Below, piece by piece: positions 1-6,603 of a DNA stretch of 64,000 bases. Origin of the DNA: a virus (lineage: Duplodnaviria; Caudoviricetes). The stretch's first letter is position 1; every line of letters begins with the position of its first letter. The notes under the pieces are model-generated. The model worked only from the letters and a program-made list of their open reading frames with translations. It did not search any database and was not told the origin of the DNA. A program made the translations under genes and the position numbers. The stretch is from IMG/VR virus record IMGVR_UViG_3300047564_001818; one strand, written 5' to 3'.

Positions 1-8
1 AATAGAGG

Positions 9-37
9 TTGACACAGCCCTGCTCATGTGCTATTGT
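9..37 (+). promoter_or_regulatory. sigma70-type early promoter
   Basis: TTGACA-17-TATTGT with extended -10 TG; TAGGGCAA at 45-52. Confidence 0.8.
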
Positions 38-68
38 ATATGAGTAGGGCAACACAACGGAGGGCAAG

Positions 69-212
69 ATGAAGATCCAGATCAAAAGCGAAGACATCCA
101 ACGCCGCAACCCTGTTGCACGTGAACTCGCCGCTGCTCAGTTCCGTGCCCGCACTGTGCGTGATCGCACCAAATACACCCGCAAACAGAAACACCGCAAA
201 GGAGAACTTTGA
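69..212 (+). CDS. 47-aa basic protein, ArfA-like (alternative ribosome-rescue factor A family)
   Basis: Missed by ORF track; hand translation MKIQIKSEDIQRRNPVARELAAAQFRARTVRDRTKYTRKQKHRKGEL; GGAGGG RBS upstream; NPVA..L....F..R.V.D...Y.RK.KH pattern. Confidence 0.65.
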   Translation: MKIQIKSEDIQRRNPVARELAAAQFRARTVRDRTKYTRKQKHRKGEL

Positions 213-388
213 TGACCTTCTACCACTACTTCAAAACCGTTTGCCTTGTGATCGCCAGCCTTGTGGCCTTTGTTGTGATCATGAGCCCAGAGACTGTGGG
301 GCAATGGCAAGCCCGCAAGGCCATTGCATACGATCAGATCTGGATTGAATGGGTTGGTGACTGCGACTGCACCGAGCCGCTAGAGTAA
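212..388 (+). CDS. 58-aa hypothetical membrane protein
   Basis: Hand translation MTFYHYFKTVCLVIASLVAFVVIMSPETVGQWQARKAIAYDQIWIEWVGDCDCTEPLE; AAAGGAG RBS, TGATG coupling, N-terminal hydrophobic helix. Confidence 0.7.
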   Translation: MTFYHYFKTVCLVIASLVAFVVIMSPETVGQWQARKAIAYDQIWIEWVGDCDCTEPLE

Positions 389-419
389 GCGAGAATCCGC
401 TGACGGTCAATAAAACCCG

Positions 420-447
420 TTGACTATCCTGTAGAAGCTGCTATAAC
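420..447 (+). promoter_or_regulatory. sigma70-type promoter
   Basis: TTGACT-16-TATAAC with extended -10 TG; lacks the TAGGGCAA motif. Confidence 0.65.
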
Positions 448-477
448 TACTATACGAACGACAAAAAGGAGAAACCA

Positions 478-1065
478 ATGCGGATGATTCACATCCTCGG
501 CGGCGTTGCTTCTTCAGCCGTGATCGTTGCAATGGCAGTGGTTTACTTGACGGCAGATGAGGCAAAGGCGGCCGTCAACCCCAAAGAGATAGTATACATC
601 GAACGAGTGGTGGAGCGTGTGGTCCATGTGCCCATGCCCACTAGACCTGGACAGGATCCCAAGGCCATCTTTGCTGATGCAAACGAAGAAGACCGCTACT
701 GCCTTGCTCAGAACATATACTTCGAAGCACGTGGTGAAAGTCTACTGGGACAAGCTTTGGTAGGTTGGGTAACACTGAACAGAGTTCAGAACTCTGACTT
801 CCCCGAAGATATCTGCACTGTGGTTTGGCAGAAGGGACAGTTCAGCTGGACACATGATGGCAAGAGCGATCGACCTCGAAACAAAGAGTCTTGGGCCGCT
901 GCTCAGATCGTTGCCGATGAAGTGATCCAAGCTTACGGAGTAGAACGTGATCCCACTGAAGGCGCAACCTACTTCCATGCTGATTCAGTTAACCCAAGTT
1001 GGGCCAAGAGCTTCGAACGAGTGGTTCGTATCGATAATCACATCTTCTACGCAGATCGAGGTTGA
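478..1065 (+). CDS. cell wall hydrolase, SleB/Hydrolase_2 family, with N-terminal membrane anchor
   Basis: CLAQNIYFEARGES, VTLNRV, ICTVVWQKGQFSW, GATYFHA, RIDNHIFY motifs; AAGGAG RBS. Confidence 0.9.
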   Translation: MRMIHILGGVASSAVIVAMAVVYLTADEAKAAVNPKEIVYIERVVERVVHVPMPTRPGQDPKAIFADANEEDRYCLAQNIYFEARGESLLGQALVGWVTLNRVQNSDFPEDICTVVWQKGQFSWTHDGKSDRPRNKESWAAAQIVADEVIQAYGVERDPTEGATYFHADSVNPSWAKSFERVVRIDNHIFYADRG

Positions 1066-1090
1066 CAACACCCTACTCTGGTGCTATAGT
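1062..1090 (+). promoter_or_regulatory. sigma70-type early promoter
   Basis: TTGACA-17-TATAGT; TAGGGCAA at 1098. Confidence 0.85.
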
Positions 1091-1117
1091 ATTAGAGTAG
1101 GGCAAGAGGAACACGTC

Positions 1118-1267
1118 ATGAACATTGATGAGCTCAAGACACTGTGGCGGTTTTGGACTGCGGGCGGCGTGTGGCAAGGTTGCCGTGCTACAGGGCAGAT
1201 AGTCCGTGCGGGCACCTACTCTGCGGTGTTGAAGCAGGCGGAATGGTTTGAACAAAGCACGTGGTGA
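1118..1267 (+). CDS. 49-aa hypothetical protein
   Basis: MNIDELKTLWRFWTAGGVW...; true start inferred from the promoter and GAGGA RBS inside the longer ORF 947..1267. Confidence 0.65.
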   Translation: MNIDELKTLWRFWTAGGVWQGCRATGQIVRAGTYSAVLKQAEWFEQSTW

Positions 1268-1473
1268 ACCAGATGTGGCAAGTAAGAACACAATTCTCCA
1301 AACCACCAGCAGAGAATCCTACAGGAGCGTGGGAGTGGAACACGGTGTTGGTGGATACCGAGGCAGAAGCCGAAACATGGTGGCACACTCGTACCACTGT
1401 TAAGACGGTGGGCCGCAGAGTCTGCACCATGTTCAACCCTGCAGGCGATTTGGTTAGAGTCCAATTCAAATAG
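1261..1473 (+). CDS. hypothetical protein (start uncertain: GTG 1261/1264 or ATG 1273)
   Basis: ORF overlaps the upstream stop (GTGA) and fills the gap to the next promoter. Confidence 0.6.
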   Translation: MVNQMWQVRTQFSKPPAENPTGAWEWNTVLVDTEAEAETWWHTRTTVKTVGRRVCTMFNPAGDLVRVQFK

Positions 1474-1476
1474 TGG

Positions 1477-1505
1477 TTGACACACCGACTGTGTCGTGCT
1501 ATAAC
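1477..1505 (+). promoter_or_regulatory. sigma70-type early promoter
   Basis: TTGACA-17-TATAAC; TAGGGCAA at 1513. Confidence 0.85.
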
Positions 1506-1533
1506 TAACGCATAGGGCAAGAGGAGCAAGACA

Positions 1534-1674
1534 ATGATCAAGTTCACTACGGGGCTGCTGGGGCTGATTGCGATTGCTAGCGCACATGACAACGTCAGCT
1601 TGCTGTTGTTAGCGGCGGCTGCAATGCCTTTCCTAACGCTGATGATTGCTTCCATTCGTGACATTGCGGAGTAA
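1534..1674 (+). CDS. 46-aa hydrophobic membrane peptide
   Basis: Missed by ORF track; MIKFTTGLLGLIAIASAHDNVSLLLLAAAAMPFLTLMIASIRDIAE; GAGGAG RBS. Confidence 0.7.
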   Translation: MIKFTTGLLGLIAIASAHDNVSLLLLAAAAMPFLTLMIASIRDIAE

Positions 1675-1722
1675 CACTGTGAAGCAGATCGGCTTTATGT
1701 GGGTCGCAGTGACATATCACAG

Positions 1723-1751
1723 TTGACAAACACCACGACAGATGCTATAAC
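1723..1751 (+). promoter_or_regulatory. sigma70-type early promoter
   Basis: TTGACA-17-TATAAC; TAGGGCAA at 1758. Confidence 0.85.
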
Positions 1752-1778
1752 ACAGCATAGGGCAACAAGGAGCACGAC

Positions 1779-2060
1779 ATGAAACTGAACGCTGCAAACA
1801 TCCAACGGATCCAAGGCTACCTCCGCAACGTTGCTGAAGTGGATCCCAACGACACTATCGCTAACAGAGCAAGCCAACTGGCTGTGGACTTGGAACTGGT
1901 GTGTGTTCCGTTTGAATACGACACACTGAGTGAAGCAGAACAGGTGCTGGTACAGTATGCCGTCAGCAAGCGCGAGCAATATGTATTGCTGCAGGGGCAC
2001 CGTCACGCAACTGATCTACAGCGTGTAGAAAAACAGCGCAGAACACTCAAAAGAGGTTGA
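1779..2060 (+). CDS. hypothetical protein
   Basis: 93-aa ORF, AAGGAG RBS, own promoter. Confidence 0.75.
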   Translation: MKLNAANIQRIQGYLRNVAEVDPNDTIANRASQLAVDLELVCVPFEYDTLSEAEQVLVQYAVSKREQYVLLQGHRHATDLQRVEKQRRTLKRG

Positions 2061-2084
2061 CACTAGATCAACTGATGTTAGTAT
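2057..2084 (+). promoter_or_regulatory. sigma70-type early promoter
   Basis: TTGACA-16-TAGTAT with extended -10 TG; TAGGGCAA at 2092. Confidence 0.8.
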
Positions 2085-2116
2085 TAGTGTATAGGGCAAA
2101 CAAGAGGGAACACACT

Positions 2117-2311
2117 ATGAAGAGACTTGCTGCTATCCTAGCACTGATTGCTGCTGCCTCGGGCCTGTCGGGCTGTGCTGCCACTGGCATTGATCACAGT
2201 GAAGATCGTGCTGCGCACGACGCATACCTTGAGAGCATCTATACCAAGTATGATCCCGAATATGTAGACGACTGCTTCTACTACGAAGAGTTGGTGTGCG
2301 AGTTCGAATAA
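2117..2311 (+). CDS. putative lipoprotein (64 aa)
   Basis: GAGGG RBS; MKRLAAILALIAAASGLSGC signal peptide with LSGC lipobox (Cys20). Confidence 0.75.
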   Translation: MKRLAAILALIAAASGLSGCAATGIDHSEDRAAHDAYLESIYTKYDPEYVDDCFYYEELVCEFE

Positions 2312-2315
2312 ACGG

Positions 2316-2344
2316 TTGACACACTGACTGTTCGACTGTAGTAT
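2316..2344 (+). promoter_or_regulatory. sigma70-type early promoter
   Basis: TTGACA-17-TAGTAT; TAGGGCAA at 2352. Confidence 0.8.
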
Positions 2345-2402
2345 CAGTGTATAGGGCAAGGCAAGAAAGACTTCTTGCTTCAACACAAAGAGGGAATACA
2401 CT

Positions 2403-2795
2403 ATGATGATCACCATGGACACTATCGCAGTGCGTGACGAAACTCTCACTGCGGCTGCTGAGGCTGCACAGGACTACATCCAGGAATGGAAGCGCAACAC
2501 TGGCGGCAATGCCTACGGTGAGCCTGCATACTGCGGCTTTGCTTGGGTCACTGTGTATCCCAAGTTCGATCACAAAGGCAACACCCGACAGGGCAAAGAT
2601 GAACGCAAACTGTTTGACACTGTGATGACTGAGCTAGGCCTGCGCAAAGACTGGACTGGCAAGGCTTATGAACTGTGGAACCCCAGCAAGTGGGGCGGGC
2701 AGAGCATGGATGTCAAGGAAGCAGGTGCTCGCGCTGCGGCTAAGGTACTGCAGAAGTATGGATACGCTGCCTACGCAGGCAGCAGAGCAGACTGA
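2403..2795 (+). CDS. hypothetical phage protein
   Basis: 130-aa ORF, GAGGG RBS; YCGFAWV and KEAGARAAAKVL segments resemble a common phage hypothetical family. Confidence 0.75.
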   Translation: MMITMDTIAVRDETLTAAAEAAQDYIQEWKRNTGGNAYGEPAYCGFAWVTVYPKFDHKGNTRQGKDERKLFDTVMTELGLRKDWTGKAYELWNPSKWGGQSMDVKEAGARAAAKVLQKYGYAAYAGSRAD

Positions 2796-2822
2796 CACTG
2801 TCACTGTTGAGAGAGCAACTGG

Positions 2823-2848
2823 ACACAGCCCAAGGGCTGTGTTTTTTT
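2823..2848 (+). terminator. Rho-independent terminator closing the early cassette array
   Basis: ACACAGCC-CAAG-GGCTGTGT followed by a T run. Confidence 0.85.
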
Positions 2849-2927
2849 ATCACTGTGCTCTACACACGAGATAAGAGAAAGCACAGCGCAATGGCTGTGC
2901 TCTCTGTAAGCCTAACGTGCGCTGTGC

Positions 2928-3137
2928 TTAGTAGTCCGTGTCATACTCCCCGTCCGCATTGTCGTAGTAGTGTTCCTGTGCTGCACCCCCTACAGTCATA
3001 CGAGCTTCGTTTAGCTGACGCAGTGCTGCGCGAGCAGTGCGGCTGTCAGTGGCTGCTAGCAGTGTGTGCGCTTGTGCTAGCAGTGCTGCGACTTGCTGCA
3101 TAGTGTTTACGTGCTGCTGCTGTGCGTCGTTAAGCAT
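2928..3137 (-). CDS. hypothetical protein
   Basis: 69-aa ORF, GAGAGG RBS, own promoter. Confidence 0.65.
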   Translation of the reverse strand: MLNDAQQQHVNTMQQVAALLAQAHTLLAATDSRTARAALRQLNEARMTVGGAAQEHYYDNADGEYDTDY

Positions 3138-3169
3138 GTGTGCCTCTCAGTGTGTTGCGCTATACATAA

Positions 3170-3198
3170 TGTATAGCATATTTTTGAGTGTCGTGCAA
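3170..3198 (-). promoter_or_regulatory. early-type promoter, inverted relative to the array
   Basis: TTGCAC-17-TATACA, then TAGCGCAA (one mismatch to TAGGGCAA) 7 nt after the -10. Confidence 0.6.
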
Positions 3199-3232
3199 GC
3201 ACTAAGTTTTGTTTAATAACAAGGGGTTAGAG

Positions 3233-3262
3233 AAAAAATTTTTTGAGAGGGGGGGTGGGGGG
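3233..3262. other. A6T6 palindrome plus G7-T-G6 tract
   Basis: AAAAAATTTTTT at 3233-3244; GGGGGGGTGGGGGG at 3249-3262. Confidence 0.9.
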
Positions 3263-3345
3263 TATATAAAAATAAATCTTTATAAAACAAGCACTTAGCT
3301 TAATGATCTGTTTTTTTGTCACTTTTCTAAAACTGGGTGATGCAG

Positions 3346-3509
3346 AATCACCACCTCACTTCTGTAAGTACTTCACCATAATTTTTTGCGCGGCAGTTTT
3401 TTTACACTGCAAACTGAATTTCGGGCGCACACAATCACCACCTCACTTCTGTAAGTACTTCACCATAATTTTTTGCGCAGTGATTTTTTTTGGGTACAAA
3501 CTGAATTTC
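3346..3509. repeat. 87-bp tandem duplication with an identical 46-bp core
   Basis: AATCACCACCTCACTTCTGTAAGTACTTCACCATAATTTTTTGCGC at 3346-3391 and 3433-3478; CAAACTGAATTTC at 3410 and 3497 (same 87-bp period). Confidence 0.95.
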
Positions 3510-3518
3510 ACTCTCTGA

Positions 3519-3686
3519 TCACTGTGAGTCTAAAAGTTCCTCTTTCACCGTAAGAAATCTTACCTCTACTGGCAAACACAGATCCGCAGGCTGTGTTTTC
3601 AAACCTTCGCACTGTGCTTTTGTCTGTACCACAATGCCATTACGGTACGCTCCACTTTCCAGTGCTATTAACAGCATCCACCACAT
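3519..3686 (-). CDS. small hypothetical protein, hydrophobic N-terminus
   Basis: MWWMLLIALESG...; GAGGGAG RBS; TAAATA upstream at 3707-3712. Confidence 0.55.
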   Translation of the reverse strand: MWWMLLIALESGAYRNGIVVQTKAQCEGLKTQPADLCLPVEVRFLTVKEELLDSQ

Positions 3687-3970
3687 GTTTGTCTCCCTCA
3701 ACTGCTTATTTAAGCACAGTGTTCACTGTTAGGGTCTGCAGGTGCTCACTGTGCGTTATAGGGTGCTCGGATCAGTTTCAAAAGAGCCGTATTTTTTCAA
3801 ACCAGGTCGTACGGGGTATTGCAGTGCGTTGTTTTCGGTGTTTTGACGTGGTTGTGTCAAAACAGTTTTAACACTGGCGGTTCAACACAGTGCTTGCGGC
3901 TTCACTAGATCTGTGTAGGTAAACGCTGGTTTACTGTTGTAAAAGCGTTTACCGCTTCGCGGCTTTGGGG

Positions 3971-5386
3971 CTACTCTCCGTTCAGCGTGTTGAGGAACTG
4001 ACGCAGTTTGGTACTGTCTGTTTCTGCACGTATACGCTTAACGGGTTCACCGTCGTCCGGTGCTGTGGTTTGTGCTGCTGTGTTGCGTTTCAGTGCGTCC
4101 AGTATCTTTGAGCCGCCCTGTGGTGCAGTGGGTGCGTCTTCTGCGTCTTCGCCCAGATCAAAGATTCTCAGTGTGTCCACATCAAAGCCCAGATCGATTT
4201 TTGAGTTAACACCGCTTGAACTGCGAGTCTTCATCAGCTGTATCTGATAGCGGCCACGCTCTCTCATAGCTCTGCTGGTAAAGATACCGATCAAGTTGTC
4301 TGCTGTGTTGATCTTTGAAATGCCGCCCGAGATATGACTGTGGTCAAACTCAATCTCTTCCACACTGCTACGGTTCAACTGACTTGCTGTTACAAATACC
4401 ACGTTGAGCTCCATGGCCAAGTTGCGCAGTTCTTCTGATACATACTTGTCTTTCACAAACAGATTTTCTGCTGAGATTTTGGCTGCGATAGGATGCATCA
4501 GGTCCAAATAGTCTACCAGTACCACATCTACTCTACGACCCATTTTGATTTCGTATTCTTTGATGTAGCTGCGGATGTCGTTAGCGTTCTTGCCTGTGGG
4601 CATGTACTTGACTTGGAACGCACCACTCTTTTTGCCTATGATGCGCACTCGCATCTCAACGTCATCGATCTGTTTGAAGATGTCTCGGCTGGGGATTTCT
4701 GAAGTCATTGAATCCAGTCGCATACTCACTAGATTTTCACTCAGTTCGAAAGTGAGATACAGCACGTTCATGCCTGCCAAACACCAGTTCACACCTAGGT
4801 TGGCCATGAACAGACTCTTGCCCGAACCGCTTCCACCTGCAAAGATGTTCAGTTCACCTCTGTTGAATCCGCCAAACAGTTTACGATCCAGTGTGGGCCA
4901 GCCTGTGCTGACCTGTCCGTTTTTGTCTTTGATTGCTTCCAGTCGTTTGCGTGGATTCTCAAAGTAGTCAGTGCCTAGATCTTTTTGCAGTCCGATCTGC
5001 ACTGCACGTTTGACCAAATCTTCAACTGGACCGTACTCACCTTTTTCTAATAGATCAGCACTCTTAAGGATCGCTGCTTCCAGTGCTTTGTGACGACTGA
5101 ATGTTTCAAACTCGCTCAGCAGCCAGTCATAGTGATTTTCCTGCAGGTCGCCTGGGTTCTTTAGATCTGTTCGGGTAGCAGCATTGATCATGTCAAAGGT
5201 GGGCAGTGCATTGTGTTCGCCCACATAGTTTTTAAGAAACTCTGCTGCGGGCTGTAGTCGTCTATCAAATGACGTAGGATCAAACACAGCTTGGCAGCGC
5301 ACAAAACTTTCTGCGTCAGTGAGAAACATTTCTAGATACACACGCTGTATGTCGTATCCGTAGTCAGTGTTTTGTCTTGTTGCCAT
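3971..5386 (-). CDS. replicative DnaB-family helicase (T4 gp41-like)
   Basis: Walker A GGSGSGKS, VLVDYLDLM, TASQLNR, QLMKTRSS. Confidence 0.95.
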   Translation of the reverse strand: MATRQNTDYGYDIQRVYLEMFLTDAESFVRCQAVFDPTSFDRRLQPAAEFLKNYVGEHNALPTFDMINAATRTDLKNPGDLQENHYDWLLSEFETFSRHKALEAAILKSADLLEKGEYGPVEDLVKRAVQIGLQKDLGTDYFENPRKRLEAIKDKNGQVSTGWPTLDRKLFGGFNRGELNIFAGGSGSGKSLFMANLGVNWCLAGMNVLYLTFELSENLVSMRLDSMTSEIPSRDIFKQIDDVEMRVRIIGKKSGAFQVKYMPTGKNANDIRSYIKEYEIKMGRRVDVVLVDYLDLMHPIAAKISAENLFVKDKYVSEELRNLAMELNVVFVTASQLNRSSVEEIEFDHSHISGGISKINTADNLIGIFTSRAMRERGRYQIQLMKTRSSSGVNSKIDLGFDVDTLRIFDLGEDAEDAPTAPQGGSKILDALKRNTAAQTTAPDDGEPVKRIRAETDSTKLRQFLNTLNGE

Positions 5387-5528
5387 GTCTTACCTCTTTT
5401 ATGTGTGATGTGGCTTTGACAGTGCCACAACTGTTGCAGTGTACAATCACAACTTTAAAACTGTGAGCGCCGATGGTGATTACCTGTTCTGCGCTCACTA
5501 TATGTGAGTGTTCACAACAGCTTAACAT
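5364..5528 (-). CDS. 54-aa putative zinc-binding protein
   Basis: Missed by ORF track; MLSCCEHSHIVSAEQVITIGAHSFKVVIVHCNSCGTVKATSHIKEVRHGNKTKH; TGATG coupling to the upstream gene. Confidence 0.6.
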   Translation of the reverse strand: MLSCCEHSHIVSAEQVITIGAHSFKVVIVHCNSCGTVKATSHIKEVRHGNKTKH

Positions 5529-6493
5529 CAATGCCACGCTGTGTCAATATTATCAATACGCTGACCGTTGCGAGCCAGCACACAGCCCACAGCACTGCCT
5601 GGGTCACCTGGACGAGGCGGAACCCACACACTGTGCCAATCACCAGTGATACGCTTTACTGCATCACGGTTCATAGCACCACCGCCTGCCAGTGCTAGGT
5701 GCTGTGCACCAGTAGTGTAGTGTGCCCAGTTACTTAGTATTTTAACAGCCCAGCAAAATATTTCTTGTGTGGTTGCTGCTAGATCTCGTAGGTCTTGCTC
5801 AGTGGTTAGATCTGGTCTCCACTGCCTGCAACCTCTGTGTAGGTTAGTTCTCATACGTATGTGAGGTCGACCTGCGTCCTGCTGTATGTCCACAATGTCG
5901 CTGGTCATGCTGCTCCACAGTCTCCGTGGGTCTCCATGGCTGGCCCACTCTGCTACACGGTATTCGTCCTGCTGTGGCGTCAGACCCAGTCGCTGCGTCA
6001 TAGCACTATAAAACAGTCCTAGACTGTGTGGGTAGCTTTGACTGTGAATCTTTTTCAAACTGTTGTTCTTGCCATGCCACACTGTGAGTGTTTCGAACTC
6101 GCCTATGCTGTCTAGGCAGATCACAGCACAGTCGTCCTGTGGTTGTGTGTAGTAGGCGTAGGCAGCGTGACTGAGGTGATGCTGTACACAGTGTATGGGT
6201 ATATTGCCAAAACCTCTGTTGCTCAGATACTTGCGAATATTGTTTTCTTCTCCAAGCCAGCCTTGACCGGCCCAAAACTGTCGCAGTGTTTTTAACCTTG
6301 GGCGTTCATACCAAACTATTTCGTCCGGATCTCCCCATTGACGTTTTGCTTGCTCAAAAAACTCTACACTGTGATCAGCTGAGCCAGTCACACCTGCCCA
6401 GCGCAGACCATTGTCACCGTAGCTGTTACGGTCATGCCAAACAGCTAGACTAGCGTCATGGCTGTTACCTACCAATCCCCAAGTTACTTTCAT
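5528..6493 (-). CDS. carbamoyltransferase (NodU/CmcH family), N-terminal Kae1-like domain only
   Basis: HDASLA, HHLSHAAYAYY, CLDSIGE, SLGLFYSAMT; no C-terminal GPRALGNRS/RPFA domain. Confidence 0.8.
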   Translation of the reverse strand: MKVTWGLVGNSHDASLAVWHDRNSYGDNGLRWAGVTGSADHSVEFFEQAKRQWGDPDEIVWYERPRLKTLRQFWAGQGWLGEENNIRKYLSNRGFGNIPIHCVQHHLSHAAYAYYTQPQDDCAVICLDSIGEFETLTVWHGKNNSLKKIHSQSYPHSLGLFYSAMTQRLGLTPQQDEYRVAEWASHGDPRRLWSSMTSDIVDIQQDAGRPHIRMRTNLHRGCRQWRPDLTTEQDLRDLAATTQEIFCWAVKILSNWAHYTTGAQHLALAGGGAMNRDAVKRITGDWHSVWVPPRPGDPGSAVGCVLARNGQRIDNIDTAWH

Positions 6494-6603
6494 TTGTATA
6501 TAAACGGATCTCTCTTGCGCAGTTCTTTGATACGCTTTTTAAACTGTCTGTGATCTTGCCAAGTTCTCCAAGGCCACAATATTAGATCTTTTAACCAAAC
6601 CAT
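6490..6603 (-). CDS. 37-aa basic hypothetical protein
   Basis: Missed by ORF track; MVWLKDLILWPWRTWQDHRQFKKRIKELRKRDPFIYK; ATGA coupling to the carbamoyltransferase. Confidence 0.65.
   Translation of the reverse strand: MVWLKDLILWPWRTWQDHRQFKKRIKELRKRDPFIYK

Noticed and set aside
115-348. ORF-track 77-aa ORF
   Set aside because: Shadow frame; two better ORFs (69..212, 212..388) have RBSs and coupling
1188-2573. Several long minus-strand ORFs in the early region (1188..1664, 1216..1587, 1695..2006, 2133..2573, 2138..2449)
   Set aside because: Antisense to promoter- and RBS-supported plus-strand genes; expected in GC-rich DNA
2807-3103. 98-aa plus-strand ORF
   Set aside because: Spans a clear terminator and is antisense to 2928..3137
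3159-3180. loxP-like sequence (GCTATACA-TAA-TGTATAGC)
   Set aside because: Resembles only the loxP spacer region; the 13-bp arms are absent; explained by a promoter -10 region with a short inverted repeat
3346-3509. Mini CRISPR array (two 46-bp repeats, 41-bp spacer)
   Set aside because: The supposed spacer and the downstream flank share CAAACTGAATTTC at the same 87-bp period, so this is a tandem duplication; no cas genes and no recognised repeat family
3303-3518. 71-aa ORF with a 29-aa repeat
   Set aside because: No RBS or promoter; Phe/Cys-rich translation of T-rich repeats; probably non-coding
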